From: Polyangiaceae bacterium
GTDB taxonomy: Bacteria; Myxococcota_A; Polyangia; Polyangiales; Polyangiaceae
Direction of reading: 5' to 3'
Assembly (NCBI GenBank): GCA_044376115.1
Contig: JBILLK010000002.1
Span: 160,001-224,000 of the forward strand
DNA: 64,000 nt
Part shown: positions 30,480 through 39,748 of the stretch, in pieces
How the letters are laid out: the number at the start of each line of letters is the position of its first letter
How positions within the stretch are numbered: position 1 is the stretch's first letter
Made by a program: the position numbers and the translations under genes
Notes under the pieces: generated by a model
What the model saw: only the letters and a program-made list of their open reading frames with translations
What the model was told of the DNA's origin: nothing
Database searches by the model: none

Positions 30480-32227
30480 TGAACGCTCAAGACCTGTTGC
30501 GAGCGGTCGAAACGAAGACGCCATTAGAACCGGGCATGGTGATCGGTGCGGCCCTTCCCGACGCAAAGCTGGCCGGTCTCAGCGCGGTCGGCGTTTCTTT
30601 CTTTCAGTGCGACTTTTCGGGCGCTGACCTGAGTGAGGCCAACCTAAGTTCAGCGACCTTCAATGGCTGCGATCTGCGTGGGGCAACGTTGAAAGGAGCC
30701 TTACTCAACGGAGCGACGCTGCAGGCAACCAGCCTGAATGGCGTCAAGGCCATCGGCGCAAACCTCGCTAAAGCGCGGCTGATCCGCGCGGATCTGAGCG
30801 GCGCCGATCTCAAGAGCACGATCTGGGCGGAGGCCGTCGTGGTGGAGTCAGTCCTCAGCGACGCAGACCTCGCGAACGCCGACCTAACGCGGGTCCGGAT
30901 GCCGAAGAACACGGGCGAACGAGCTCGCTTCGATGGCGCCACGCTTGATGGCGGGGTGTTCGCCGAGTGCAAGTTTTCCGGTGCCACGTTCAAGAAGATT
31001 CACGCCCACGAGGTGGTGCTTGCCAAGGCGGAGTTACGGGGCGCTACGTTCGAGGGCGCTGACCTCGACAGCGTTATCTTCGCCAGCGCCGATCTTCGAG
31101 AAGCCTCCCTACCGCAGAAGCTTCGCTATTGCGTGTTTGCGCAGGCACGGCTCTCCGACCGAGACGAGCCGGAGAGCGAGCGGCCTGCTTGGGACCCGGA
31201 GTTTGTAGCGCGACCTTCGGTTAGCCTTTCCTTTGACGATGCGGATCTGACGGGCGCAGTCTTCGAAGGCCTCAGCCTGCGCAACGCGCTCTTTCGCAAC
31301 GCCAACCTCGAGATGACGGTGCTAGCGAAAGCCGATCTCGAGGGGGCCTCGTTCGAGGGCGCGAAGTTCAAGATGACGGTGCTAAGTGAGGCCCGGTTGC
31401 GCAAAGTCGACTTGTCGAACCAGCACCTCCAGCTGTGCGCCTGCGGAGGGGCGGATTTCACCGACGCAAAACTCGTGGCGACGCACCTCGAGATGTGCAT
31501 CTTGGACGGCGCGACGCTGGAGAACGCGGACCTAACCCGCACACGGTTGCACGGCGTGGAGCTGCAAGGCGCGCGGCTCTCGAACCTGAAGCTGGAGGGC
31601 GCCACCTTTCATAGCGTGGATTTCGGCGAGACCGACCTCAGCGGGATCCAGCTCGCCGGCGGGAGCTTCAAGAAATGCTCGTTCAAAGGCATGGACCTGA
31701 CGCAAGCCGATTTCACTGGGAGCAACCTTTTCGGGTCGGACTTCTCCGAATGCAACCTGCTCCGAGCGAAGTTCCTGCGCGCCGATCTGCGCCAAGCAAA
31801 CCTCAAGTCCTGCAAGGCCCAGCAAGCTGACTTCAGCGACGTGGACGGCAAGGCTGCCTTCTTCGGTGAAGCCAACGTGGAGGGCGCAAAGTTCGCCAAG
31901 GCCAAGCTGCGTTATGCAACCTTCAGCGCGTCCCAGGCAACGGTTGCAAACTTCGCAGGCGCTGATCTGCGCGAGTCAATCTGGGTCGATGCGCAGGCCG
32001 AAAAGGCGAACTTCCGTTCGGCTCGCTTGAACTGGGCGGACCTTTCAAAGGCGAACTTCGCAGCCACCGATTTGTCCTCGGCGGATCTTTCGTCAGCCAA
32101 CCTTCACGCCTTCATCGATCGAGGGGCTGTGATGGCTGGAACCAATATGACCTCCGTTCGCGGCACCGACGAGGGGCGGCTGCGTGCGGATAACTGGCAA
32201 CCGCCTGCGGGCCCGCGACCCTCCTAG
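30479..32227 (+). CDS. Pentapeptide repeat protein (TagB-like)
   Basis: Almost entirely ADLS/ANLS/ATF pentapeptides; TGATG coupling to upstream gene. Confidence 0.93.
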   Translation: MNAQDLLRAVETKTPLEPGMVIGAALPDAKLAGLSAVGVSFFQCDFSGADLSEANLSSATFNGCDLRGATLKGALLNGATLQATSLNGVKAIGANLAKARLIRADLSGADLKSTIWAEAVVVESVLSDADLANADLTRVRMPKNTGERARFDGATLDGGVFAECKFSGATFKKIHAHEVVLAKAELRGATFEGADLDSVIFASADLREASLPQKLRYCVFAQARLSDRDEPESERPAWDPEFVARPSVSLSFDDADLTGAVFEGLSLRNALFRNANLEMTVLAKADLEGASFEGAKFKMTVLSEARLRKVDLSNQHLQLCACGGADFTDAKLVATHLEMCILDGATLENADLTRTRLHGVELQGARLSNLKLEGATFHSVDFGETDLSGIQLAGGSFKKCSFKGMDLTQADFTGSNLFGSDFSECNLLRAKFLRADLRQANLKSCKAQQADFSDVDGKAAFFGEANVEGAKFAKAKLRYATFSASQATVANFAGADLRESIWVDAQAEKANFRSARLNWADLSKANFAATDLSSADLSSANLHAFIDRGAVMAGTNMTSVRGTDEGRLRADNWQPPAGPRPS

Positions 32228-32275
32228 CTCGGCTGCGAAAACGATCGTCCTCCGAATCACGAAGAAAGAAGCACG

Positions 32276-32872
32276 ATGGCCAACGTCCTAAGAAAAGCGC
32301 ACGACGACGAGTCACCCTCTGGCGCCGTGGAAGCGGGTAAGGCGGTGCTTACGAGCGCGCCCGTCGGGCCCGGCACTTGGCTGTCGCCAGGCCGCGTGAT
32401 CGAAGTGCAGGCTCACGGCGTCCGTTTGCAGCTACCCGACGGTCGCGAGGTGTTCGCGCGGATGGCGCTCCCGCTGAGCTACGAGGCGGCGCTGGGAGAC
32501 GAGCTGCTGCTGCTCGGAGATGCAAACAGCGCCTACGTCACCGGCGTGCTCAGCGGCAAAGGCCAGACGCGGCTTGCGCTAAAGGGCGACGTGAGCCTTG
32601 CGACGGACGGCAAGCTCGAGCTCTCTTCGCAGACGAGCATCTCGCTCGATGCCCCGAGCGTCGAGGTGCGCGCCGACAGGCTGCACACGGTGGCAGGCCG
32701 CGTGACCGAAGTGTTCGATTCAGTGCGAAAGACAGTGCGGCAGCTGCTCTCGGTGAGGGCGGGCGAGCAGCACACGCTGGTGGAAGGCACGAGCCAGCTT
32801 GTGGCCAAGAACGCACGCACGCTCTCCGAGGGCAAGGTCACGATCAACGGCAAAGAGATTTTCCTCGGCTGA
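32276..32872 (+). CDS. DUF3540-like protein (TagC-like)
   Basis: OB-like start (GD.LLL, YVTGVL), beta-rich body, C-terminal VTINGKEIFLG. Confidence 0.8.
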   Translation: MANVLRKAHDDESPSGAVEAGKAVLTSAPVGPGTWLSPGRVIEVQAHGVRLQLPDGREVFARMALPLSYEAALGDELLLLGDANSAYVTGVLSGKGQTRLALKGDVSLATDGKLELSSQTSISLDAPSVEVRADRLHTVAGRVTEVFDSVRKTVRQLLSVRAGEQHTLVEGTSQLVAKNARTLSEGKVTINGKEIFLG

Positions 32873-32885
32873 AAGAGGCTCTGCA

Positions 32886-33851
32886 ATGCTTCCTGCATCC
32901 AATCGTGGCCCCGGCCAATCGCTCGGTTTTCCCGACACCTGCTTGACCCCAGCGGCTCCGTCTCCGATCCCCGTTCCTTACCCGAACATCGCGATGAACG
33001 CGCAAGCATCGCCCTTCTCGACGTCGGTGAAGGTCAACATGATGAACGCGTTGAACCTCATCAGCTCGATCCCGATGACCTCCGGGGATGAGGCGGGCAG
33101 CGCCCATCCGATGGTGAAGATGGCTCAGCGTTACACGCTTGGGAGCTTCAACGTCTTCATCGAGGGAATGCCTGGAATTCACCTAGGCAGCTTGACCACG
33201 CACAACAACATGAACTGCCCGGTCGGAGCGGTGATCGTTCCGAGCGCGCCCAACGTGACCTACTCCCTCGCGAGCAGCGGCGCGGTGGATCCGCGAGCAA
33301 CACGCGCGATCTCGAACTCCGAGTACGTGGCGCTCGGTCAGCTCGGAAGCTCGATTCGCGAGCTTTTGCAGCACGAAGGCGAGCTTACCTTGCGACTCGG
33401 CGTGATCGGCGAAGCGGCTGCGCACGAGGTGGAGGCTGCGCTTCGCAGCGCCGGGCCCGTCGAACGGCTGGTGCTGGATCTGAGCGAGTCACCGGGTGGC
33501 AGCCTCGAAGGGGCCGTTACCCTCGCGAGTCTGTTCTTGGCCGACGGGCTCATCCTTGGGCAGCTGGTCGAGCAAGACGGCGACACCAGGCTGTTGGTCT
33601 CGAGAGGTGGCGCCTGCTTCGATATGCCGCTCACGCTCCTGATCAGCGATCAGACAGCCTCGAGCGCCGAGCTGCTGGCCGGGGCGTTATCGCACCACGG
33701 CAGAGCGGTGCTGCGTGGTGAGCGCAGCTTCGGTAAGGGCGTAACCCATGAGCTCGGCGTAGCCTGCGACGGTGAGGTGGCGCTGGTGCGCTCTGGTGAG
33801 GTGTTGCTGCCGAGCGGGGCTTCGATCGACGGGGTGGGGGTGACCCCGTAG
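32886..33851 (+). CDS. PAAR-like DUF4150 domain fused to S41 (CtpA/Tsp-type) peptidase
   Basis: FPDTCLTP..PIPVPYPNIA, SGDEAG, GS.NVFIEG, HNN.N; then DLSESPGG, TASSAE, GERSFGKG, IDGVGVTP. Confidence 0.88.
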   Translation: MLPASNRGPGQSLGFPDTCLTPAAPSPIPVPYPNIAMNAQASPFSTSVKVNMMNALNLISSIPMTSGDEAGSAHPMVKMAQRYTLGSFNVFIEGMPGIHLGSLTTHNNMNCPVGAVIVPSAPNVTYSLASSGAVDPRATRAISNSEYVALGQLGSSIRELLQHEGELTLRLGVIGEAAAHEVEAALRSAGPVERLVLDLSESPGGSLEGAVTLASLFLADGLILGQLVEQDGDTRLLVSRGGACFDMPLTLLISDQTASSAELLAGALSHHGRAVLRGERSFGKGVTHELGVACDGEVALVRSGEVLLPSGASIDGVGVTP

Positions 33852-33852
33852 A

Positions 33853-34233
33853 TCAGCGGTAGGTCGCGGTGGCGATGTGCTTGAGGACGCGCCGGCATTG
33901 AGCCGTACCCACGGAGCCGTAACAGGCGTCCTCGCCGGTGAAGGATTCGCGGCCATCTTTGAGATCGCGCAGGATGCTGTGAGTCAAATCGTGACCACCT
34001 CCTTTGCACGACGAGTCCCCGCAACCCACCTCGAATAGAGCGGGGGCAGCCGCCACCACGACGCGGCGCATGTACGTCACCGGTTGGGCGGCCTCGGAGG
34101 CTTGCTCGACGAACTGGATGTCGAGCGTGACCAACTTAGGCACCTCGGTCGTGAGCCGCGGGGCTGCCGCCTCGCGGTCTTTACGTTCGGCGGTTCGAAG
34201 GGCTACTGCGGAAGTTTTTCGGTGAAAAGCCAT
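33853..34233 (-). CDS. Small putative metal-binding protein
   Basis: CGDSSCKGGGHD...C...C; clean ORF. Confidence 0.7.
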   Translation of the reverse strand: MAFHRKTSAVALRTAERKDREAAAPRLTTEVPKLVTLDIQFVEQASEAAQPVTYMRRVVVAAAPALFEVGCGDSSCKGGGHDLTHSILRDLKDGRESFTGEDACYGSVGTAQCRRVLKHIATATYR

Positions 34234-34253
34234 GTTTGTTTGAACGAGAGGGC

Positions 34254-34553
34254 TCAGTCGCCGAGCTCGTGATCGTCCTCTTCGGGTTGTTGGTTGGACA
34301 GCCAAGTTCGGCGGGCCGCAGCGTAGGCCACGTGTACCGCCTCCTCGATTTCTTTGAAGCTGACGAGGGCCGGGTGCTCGCGCCGCAACGACGACTCGAC
34401 GCGAGCGCGGGCTTCGCGAATCGTCCCAGGCCAGCCGCCTCGCACGATGCGATGTTCCGCGACAACGGCGGCGATTTGTTGGCGCGCCCAGTCGACCCCA
34501 GCGCGCTCAGCGACCTGCTTGGGCGTCAGTAGCTCCGGTGGATGCGCGGACAA
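34254..34553 (-). CDS. Small hypothetical protein (start uncertain)
   Basis: GGWPGT motif; co-oriented with 20-bp gap to next gene. Confidence 0.6.
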   Translation of the reverse strand: MSAHPPELLTPKQVAERAGVDWARQQIAAVVAEHRIVRGGWPGTIREARARVESSLRREHPALVSFKEIEEAVHVAYAAARRTWLSNQQPEEDDHELGD

Positions 34554-34769
34554 TCTTGCGTTCTCTCTCTCGATTCACGAGACGAAACTCAGCAAAGCGA
34601 GTCGCGATCCCGAGAGACGAGAGGCGTCTATCCGTGCAGGGAGACGTGAGGTGAGTTAGCGCACCCTACGGGCAATCGCTTGATACCGCAAGGCGCGGCG
34701 CACCGGCGGCGAAGTTCTTGCACCACGCAACCTGGGCCAGCTCGCTCAACCTCGGCTATCGTCGCGCCC

Positions 34770-35771
34770 GTGAGTACTCGACGCCCCGTTCACACCCTCT
34801 GTCTGTTCTCCCTTGTGGCCCTGATGCTCGGCTGCGGCGAGAACAACCAATCCGCGACCTCGGCCTCCGCCAGCGCGCCCCCTCCAGCTTGTTCGACGTT
34901 GCCGTTTGCGGACGCCCTCACGCGCTGCAAAGACAACGACGCCAAGTGTTGCGACGTCGTGGCGCAAACGAGCGACCCCAAGAGCGAGGGTCACCTCGAC
35001 GTGCTCGCGGTCACCTGCGGAGGCGGTAACGAGACCAGCTGCCAAAGCGTGCGAGACGCAGCGCGAGACCCGAAGTGGAAGCTCGATGCGCTGGATAAAG
35101 CCTGCACTCGCTTTGGTCGCTGGACCTGTCGCTCAGCCGTGCTCCTCGCCATCGTTCATGATTGGGACCGCGTTCCCAAGGTGTTTGAGAACTATTGCCG
35201 ACAATCCGGCGATCCGGAGCTGCGGGTTGCGGCACAGACCTTCAAGTGTCCCTCCTACGCGAAGTCGAACTTGGAGTCCTTGAAGGCGGACGGTGCACGT
35301 TGTCGCGAGGGTGCCCTCGATGCGTGCAAGGTGCTCGCTGACGTCGATGCCGCCAGCAAGAAGCTGCTGATGAGCGCGACGTGGGACAAGCGTGGCGTGA
35401 ACGCCGACGTCGCCTCGGAGCACTGGGTGATGCCGTTCGAGCTGACCGAGGAAAAGCCAGAGGGCAACGTCGCTTTCTCCAGTGAGGACAAGGCCCTGGC
35501 TCCCGCGCTCAAGCCACTCGAGAAGGCGAGCAGCGAGAAGCTGCGCAAGTGCCTCGGTGCTCGCGTCAATCGCGACGACAAGTTGAAGGGTGAGCTCACC
35601 GTGGAGCTGAACCTCGACAATGCCTCAAAGGTTGCTTACGGCATCGCTAAGGAGACGCTCTTTCTCGAGCCCCGCGTGGCGAAGTGTTTCCTCGCTTCGC
35701 TGCAAGACCTTCCGGTGGAAGGCGCCAAAGCCAACTCCAAGGCGCTCGTCACAGTTAAAGTTAAGCCTTAA
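34770..35771 (+). CDS. Cys-rich helical-repeat lipoprotein with C-terminal AgmX/PglI-like domain
   Basis: MLGC lipobox; C-x6-C repeats (ACTRFGRWTC, RCREGALDAC); LRKCL...LKGELTVEL...VAKC. Confidence 0.65.
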   Translation: MSTRRPVHTLCLFSLVALMLGCGENNQSATSASASAPPPACSTLPFADALTRCKDNDAKCCDVVAQTSDPKSEGHLDVLAVTCGGGNETSCQSVRDAARDPKWKLDALDKACTRFGRWTCRSAVLLAIVHDWDRVPKVFENYCRQSGDPELRVAAQTFKCPSYAKSNLESLKADGARCREGALDACKVLADVDAASKKLLMSATWDKRGVNADVASEHWVMPFELTEEKPEGNVAFSSEDKALAPALKPLEKASSEKLRKCLGARVNRDDKLKGELTVELNLDNASKVAYGIAKETLFLEPRVAKCFLASLQDLPVEGAKANSKALVTVKVKP

Positions 35772-35794
35772 CTGTTCCTCCTGAGCGTTGAGCA

Positions 35795-35873
35795 TGTTGC
35801 AGCGCAATATCCTCTAGCCCGAGTTTTGGGCTATCGAGCCTTGACGTCGGCTTAAGCGTGTTGCACTGCACAG
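35795..35873. promoter_or_regulatory. Two PhaR-type boxes flanking a TTGACG -35 upstream of the SatP-like gene
   Basis: TGTTGCAGCGCAATA 35795-35809, TTGACG 35841-46, TGTTGCACTGCACAG 35859-73. Confidence 0.6.
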
Positions 35874-35879
35874 CGCGCC

Positions 35880-36788
35880 ATGCTGGAACGTTATGAACTC
35901 TTTGGGCCCTCGAGCGACCGTTTCGGAAACCCAGCGCCGCTTGGCCTGCTCGGCCTGACCATCGCTTGCGCAGCGCTTGTGCCAATCGGCGCGGGTCAGG
36001 CGTTGACTGCCTCGGCCTTTGGCAGCGCCGCTGTGTATGCGCTCCTGTTTGGCGGCGGCTGCCAGTTGCTCGCCGGCCTGATGATGTTCGGCAACAAGAA
36101 CAGCTTCGGTGGGACGGTGTTCACCTGTTTCTCCTTCTTGTGGGCCATCAACGCCTGGAGCTTCTACAGCCTGTCACAAGGTCGCGTGCCGGACCACGCG
36201 GTCGGCCTCGCGGTGGAGGTGGCCTTGCTGCTCATCTTCGTCGGGCTGACCTGGGGCTTTGGTCACTTTGCAAAGATGTTGTTCTTCTTTCTCGTCGATA
36301 TCGACCTCCTGTTCGTGTTCCGCATCATTCGCAGCGTGACCCACACCAAGGCGATGGAGATGCCGATCCTCGCATGCACGCTCGGGCTTGGACTGATCGG
36401 TCTCTGGCTCGCGTTCGGTGCGCTGCTCAACCCGTTGCTTGGCCGGCCCTTGTTCGGCGTGGGAGCGCCGGTATTCCACGGACCCACCCCGCAACGCTTC
36501 GACTGGTCGGTGCGCAAGACGCTGTTCACCGTCCTCTACGGCCACTGGCAGAAGTCGGCCTTCCGACCGGTCTCGCTCGAAACGCTGCGCAGCGAGATGA
36601 AGGCCGCAGGCATCGATAAGGCGCTCGAGCCGGATCTGTTCTACCTCTCCGAGCTCGGCTTCGTTGTGCTCAGCTGTGCGGACGCAGACCCGCACACGAT
36701 CGAGACAGTGCGGCTCCACGCCAAGGGCGTCGACATTCACGAGCAGCTGGTGCTCAACAAGTACGCGCCAGCAGCCGCTGGGCACTAG
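35880..36788 (+). CDS. GPR1/FUN34/YaaH (SatP) carboxylate channel with C-terminal winged-helix-like domain
   Basis: GNPAPLGL signature, GGGCQLLAG, six TMs; C-terminal LFYLSELGFV...RLHAKGVD. Confidence 0.85.
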   Translation: MLERYELFGPSSDRFGNPAPLGLLGLTIACAALVPIGAGQALTASAFGSAAVYALLFGGGCQLLAGLMMFGNKNSFGGTVFTCFSFLWAINAWSFYSLSQGRVPDHAVGLAVEVALLLIFVGLTWGFGHFAKMLFFFLVDIDLLFVFRIIRSVTHTKAMEMPILACTLGLGLIGLWLAFGALLNPLLGRPLFGVGAPVFHGPTPQRFDWSVRKTLFTVLYGHWQKSAFRPVSLETLRSEMKAAGIDKALEPDLFYLSELGFVVLSCADADPHTIETVRLHAKGVDIHEQLVLNKYAPAAAGH

Positions 36789-36890
36789 GACTGACACGCC
36801 CAGCGCTTTCGAGGGCGGTCTCGCTAGGTGAGACCGCCGAGTGGCGCGCAGGGCCGAGTGGTGCGCAAGGCACAAGCCCGCTACGAACGC

Positions 36891-37997
36891 TCAACTCGCG
36901 ACGTTGGCAACGCTGGCCTGGCTGGGTGCACCGCTAGCCGCCGCCGGTTCGGGCAGAACGGCCAGAACCGCAGGCTGGCCAGCAGCATCTCGCTTCGACC
37001 AGAAGGTCGCCATCGCTGGCCAAAGCCCTTTGGCCGCCTTCTTCGAGATCACTGCGCCGACGTGGCCGCCAGCGAGATGCAGCCGGTGTTTGTCGGTTGC
37101 ACCGATGTGGTCCATCAGCACGGCCGCGCTCTGCCACGGCACGATGGCGTCGTGTTCGAAGGTCACCACGTGCGTGGGTACCTTGATCGATTCAAGCCGC
37201 ACCGGGTTGGGGCCCAGCGAGAAGGTTCCTTTGAGCAAACCGTCTGCTTGATAAAGCTCCTGGATGTACTTGCGGTAGCTCGCACCGGGGAAGCTCACGT
37301 TGTCATTGCCCCAGGTCTCCAGCGCGAAGAAGCCGTCCAAGAACTCGTCGTCCCATGCGCGATCCAACATGCTTACAGCCTTCGAGGCTGGTGCGGTTGG
37401 GCGCAGCATCTGAAAGGCTGACTGCAGGATCTGCCACGGTACGTTGCCGGTGGCGTCCACCAAGGCCTTCACGTCGAACGCTTTGGTTCGCGTCCAAAGC
37501 GAGAGCATGCCTTCATCGTGAAAGGCGATCGGCGTAGCGAGAAGGGTGAGGCTCGCGATTCGCTCGGGGTGAACCGCCGCATGAATGGCCGCCAACGTGC
37601 CGCCCAAACAGTAGCCCAGCGTATGAGCCTTCTCCGCTCCGGCCGTGCGGCAGGTGACACGCAACGCACGTGCGATGTAGCGATCGGCGATGTCCTCGAA
37701 GGTTAGGAAACGGTCTTCCGAGGTGGGCGTGCCCCAGTCGATGCAATAGACGTCGAAGCCCTGACCAACGAGCCACTCGACGAAGCTCTTGCCCTTCATC
37801 AGATCGAGCACGTAATGCCGGTTGATCAGCGACGGGATCAGCAGCACCGGCGTCTTCCAAGCGAGGCCCTCAGGGCGCGCGCGGTAACGCAAGAGTCGCC
37901 ACTTGTTTTCGCTGAAAACGACGTCGGCAGGCGTTTGACCTACCTGCGGCATGGGCTTGGTGAAGCGCTTGGCGAGCGCTGCAACCCGGCCGATCAC
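36891..37997 (-). CDS. phaC: PHA synthase, class III-like PhaC
   Basis: GQTPADVV, PSLINRHYVLDL, IDWG, lipase box GYCLGG, HDAIVP, GGHVG; about 368 aa; GTGA overlap with ligase. Confidence 0.85.
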   Translation of the reverse strand: MIGRVAALAKRFTKPMPQVGQTPADVVFSENKWRLLRYRARPEGLAWKTPVLLIPSLINRHYVLDLMKGKSFVEWLVGQGFDVYCIDWGTPTSEDRFLTFEDIADRYIARALRVTCRTAGAEKAHTLGYCLGGTLAAIHAAVHPERIASLTLLATPIAFHDEGMLSLWTRTKAFDVKALVDATGNVPWQILQSAFQMLRPTAPASKAVSMLDRAWDDEFLDGFFALETWGNDNVSFPGASYRKYIQELYQADGLLKGTFSLGPNPVRLESIKVPTHVVTFEHDAIVPWQSAAVLMDHIGATDKHRLHLAGGHVGAVISKKAAKGLWPAMATFWSKRDAAGQPAVLAVLPEPAAASGAPSQASVANVAS

Positions 37998-39736
37998 GAG
38001 CCAGCCTCGTACAGCGCCTCGAACTCCCGGCCGAACGACTTCCAGACCTCTTTGCGCCGCACTTTGAGCGTGCTCGTAAGGTGACCGCCGGCGACCGTGA
38101 GCGGCACTTCCATCACGCAGAAGCGCTTGATCTGCTCGTACTTCGCGAGCTCTTGGTTGACCCGCTCCACAGCCTCGGAGACCAGCTTCTCGATCGCCTC
38201 GGTGCGACCGCCGTTGTCGATGCCGTCTTTCGCAAGGCGCGCAGCGACGGCCTCCGCATCGAGCCAAATCCCGGCCACGATGTACTTCTTGTTGTCGCCG
38301 TAAACGACGGCGTGGGACACCAACGCTTCGTCGGCGAAGCGCAGCTCAATGTTGGCGGGAGCCACGTTCTTGCCGCCCGCCGTGCACAAGATCTCCTTCT
38401 TGCGATCGACGATCTGCAAGAAGCCGTCTTCGGTGAAGCGGCCGATGTCCCCAGTCTTGAACCAGCCGTCTTCGGTGAAGGCGTCTTTGGTTGCCGCCTC
38501 TTCTTTGTGATAGCCGGCAAACACGTTGGGACCGCGAGCGAGGATCTCCCCGTCTTCCTCGAGCCGCAGTTCAACCGAGGGCAGGGGCTTGCCCACGGTG
38601 TCAAAGCGAAACTCGGCGGGCCGATTGAGGGTGAGGGTGGGGGAGCACTCGGAGAGGCCGTAGCCCTCGAGGATGAGCAGGCCGTTCTTATAGAAGAACT
38701 CCTTCACTTCGCGTTTGAGCCCGGCGCCGCCGGAGAGGCAGAAGCTCAGGCGACCACCGGTGATGGCGGCGAGCTTGGCGCGTTGCTTTGCCTCATCCGG
38801 CTGCGACATGGCGTTGACCGCGAGCTTCTCCCAGTAGGCCGGCACGCTGAAGAACACGTCGGGACGTACTTCCACCAGCTTGGTGAGCGCGTTGGCCGGG
38901 TCTCCCATGTACGTCGTCCAGCCGAGCGAGTCCCCAATGCACGACTCACCGAAGCCGAAGATGTGGCTCATCGGCAACCACAGCACGTCGATCGCTTCTT
39001 CTTTGAGCAGCGGCGCGAAGCAGCGCATCCAATCGAGCCCATTGTGGCCGACGTTGTTGTGCGTCAGCGGCACGCCTTTCGGGTTGCCGGTGGTTCCGCT
39101 TGTGTAGAGCATGAAGGCCGGGCGGTCCAAAGAGATGCCGTGCAGACGCTGCTCGAACGCCTCCGGTGCCTCCTCATCGAAGGCCTTCCCGCGCGTGAGC
39201 ACCGACTCGAAGGACAGCGTGCGCTGCTCGACATCGTCGAGCGAGGGCGCGGGCTTGCTTTGGTCCTTCAGCAACTTGAGCGCGCCTTCCACCGTGGTGC
39301 GATCATCCATCAAGATGAAGCGACGCACGGTGCTGTAGTCCTCCCAGGCGCTGAGCACGCGTGAGAAGAGCTCGTTGGTCGAGACGAACACGAAGGCGGC
39401 GTCGCAGTGTTTGACCACGTAGCCAGCTTGGCTGGCCGTGCTGGCCGGGTAGATCGGCACCATCACGCCCTGCGCCGATTGCACACCCATGGCCGAGGCC
39501 ATCCACTCCACCGAGTTGGTCGCGAAGATGGCGGCGCGCTCTCCCGGCTCCATACCAGCGCCGGCGAGAAACGACGCCACCTGCCGGATCATCCGTGCGT
39601 AGCGAGCCCAGGTGACCGCGCGCCAATCCTGGCCGTCGGGGACCATGTAGCGCACGCGTGAGGCGCGTTCTGCAAGGCGGTCGAAGACTGCGCGGGGGGC
39701 GGGTTTAATCGTCTCGTAACGCGTTAGATCCAACAT
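37994..39736 (-). CDS. Long-chain fatty acid--CoA ligase
   Basis: YTSGTTGNPKG, EGYGLSE, GWFKTGDIG, DRKKE...GGKNVAP. Confidence 0.92.
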   Translation of the reverse strand: MLDLTRYETIKPAPRAVFDRLAERASRVRYMVPDGQDWRAVTWARYARMIRQVASFLAGAGMEPGERAAIFATNSVEWMASAMGVQSAQGVMVPIYPASTASQAGYVVKHCDAAFVFVSTNELFSRVLSAWEDYSTVRRFILMDDRTTVEGALKLLKDQSKPAPSLDDVEQRTLSFESVLTRGKAFDEEAPEAFEQRLHGISLDRPAFMLYTSGTTGNPKGVPLTHNNVGHNGLDWMRCFAPLLKEEAIDVLWLPMSHIFGFGESCIGDSLGWTTYMGDPANALTKLVEVRPDVFFSVPAYWEKLAVNAMSQPDEAKQRAKLAAITGGRLSFCLSGGAGLKREVKEFFYKNGLLILEGYGLSECSPTLTLNRPAEFRFDTVGKPLPSVELRLEEDGEILARGPNVFAGYHKEEAATKDAFTEDGWFKTGDIGRFTEDGFLQIVDRKKEILCTAGGKNVAPANIELRFADEALVSHAVVYGDNKKYIVAGIWLDAEAVAARLAKDGIDNGGRTEAIEKLVSEAVERVNQELAKYEQIKRFCVMEVPLTVAGGHLTSTLKVRRKEVWKSFGREFEALYEAGS

Positions 39737-39748
39737 GAAGGTCCTCGT

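Noticed and set aside
29600..32150. Periodic DNA suggesting a repeat array or CRISPR
   Set aside because: Explained by in-frame pentapeptide coding; no constant repeat-spacer structure
34664..34671. CCCTACGG as a right-hand att site matching the rlmH repeat
   Set aside because: Only 8 bp and also occurs inside an unrelated gene near 53250; expected by chance
38081..39364. Long antisense ORFs (also 2282-type shadows such as 62282-63169, 15981-16943, 49442-50422)
   Set aside because: Shadow frames of well-supported genes, typical of high-GC DNA
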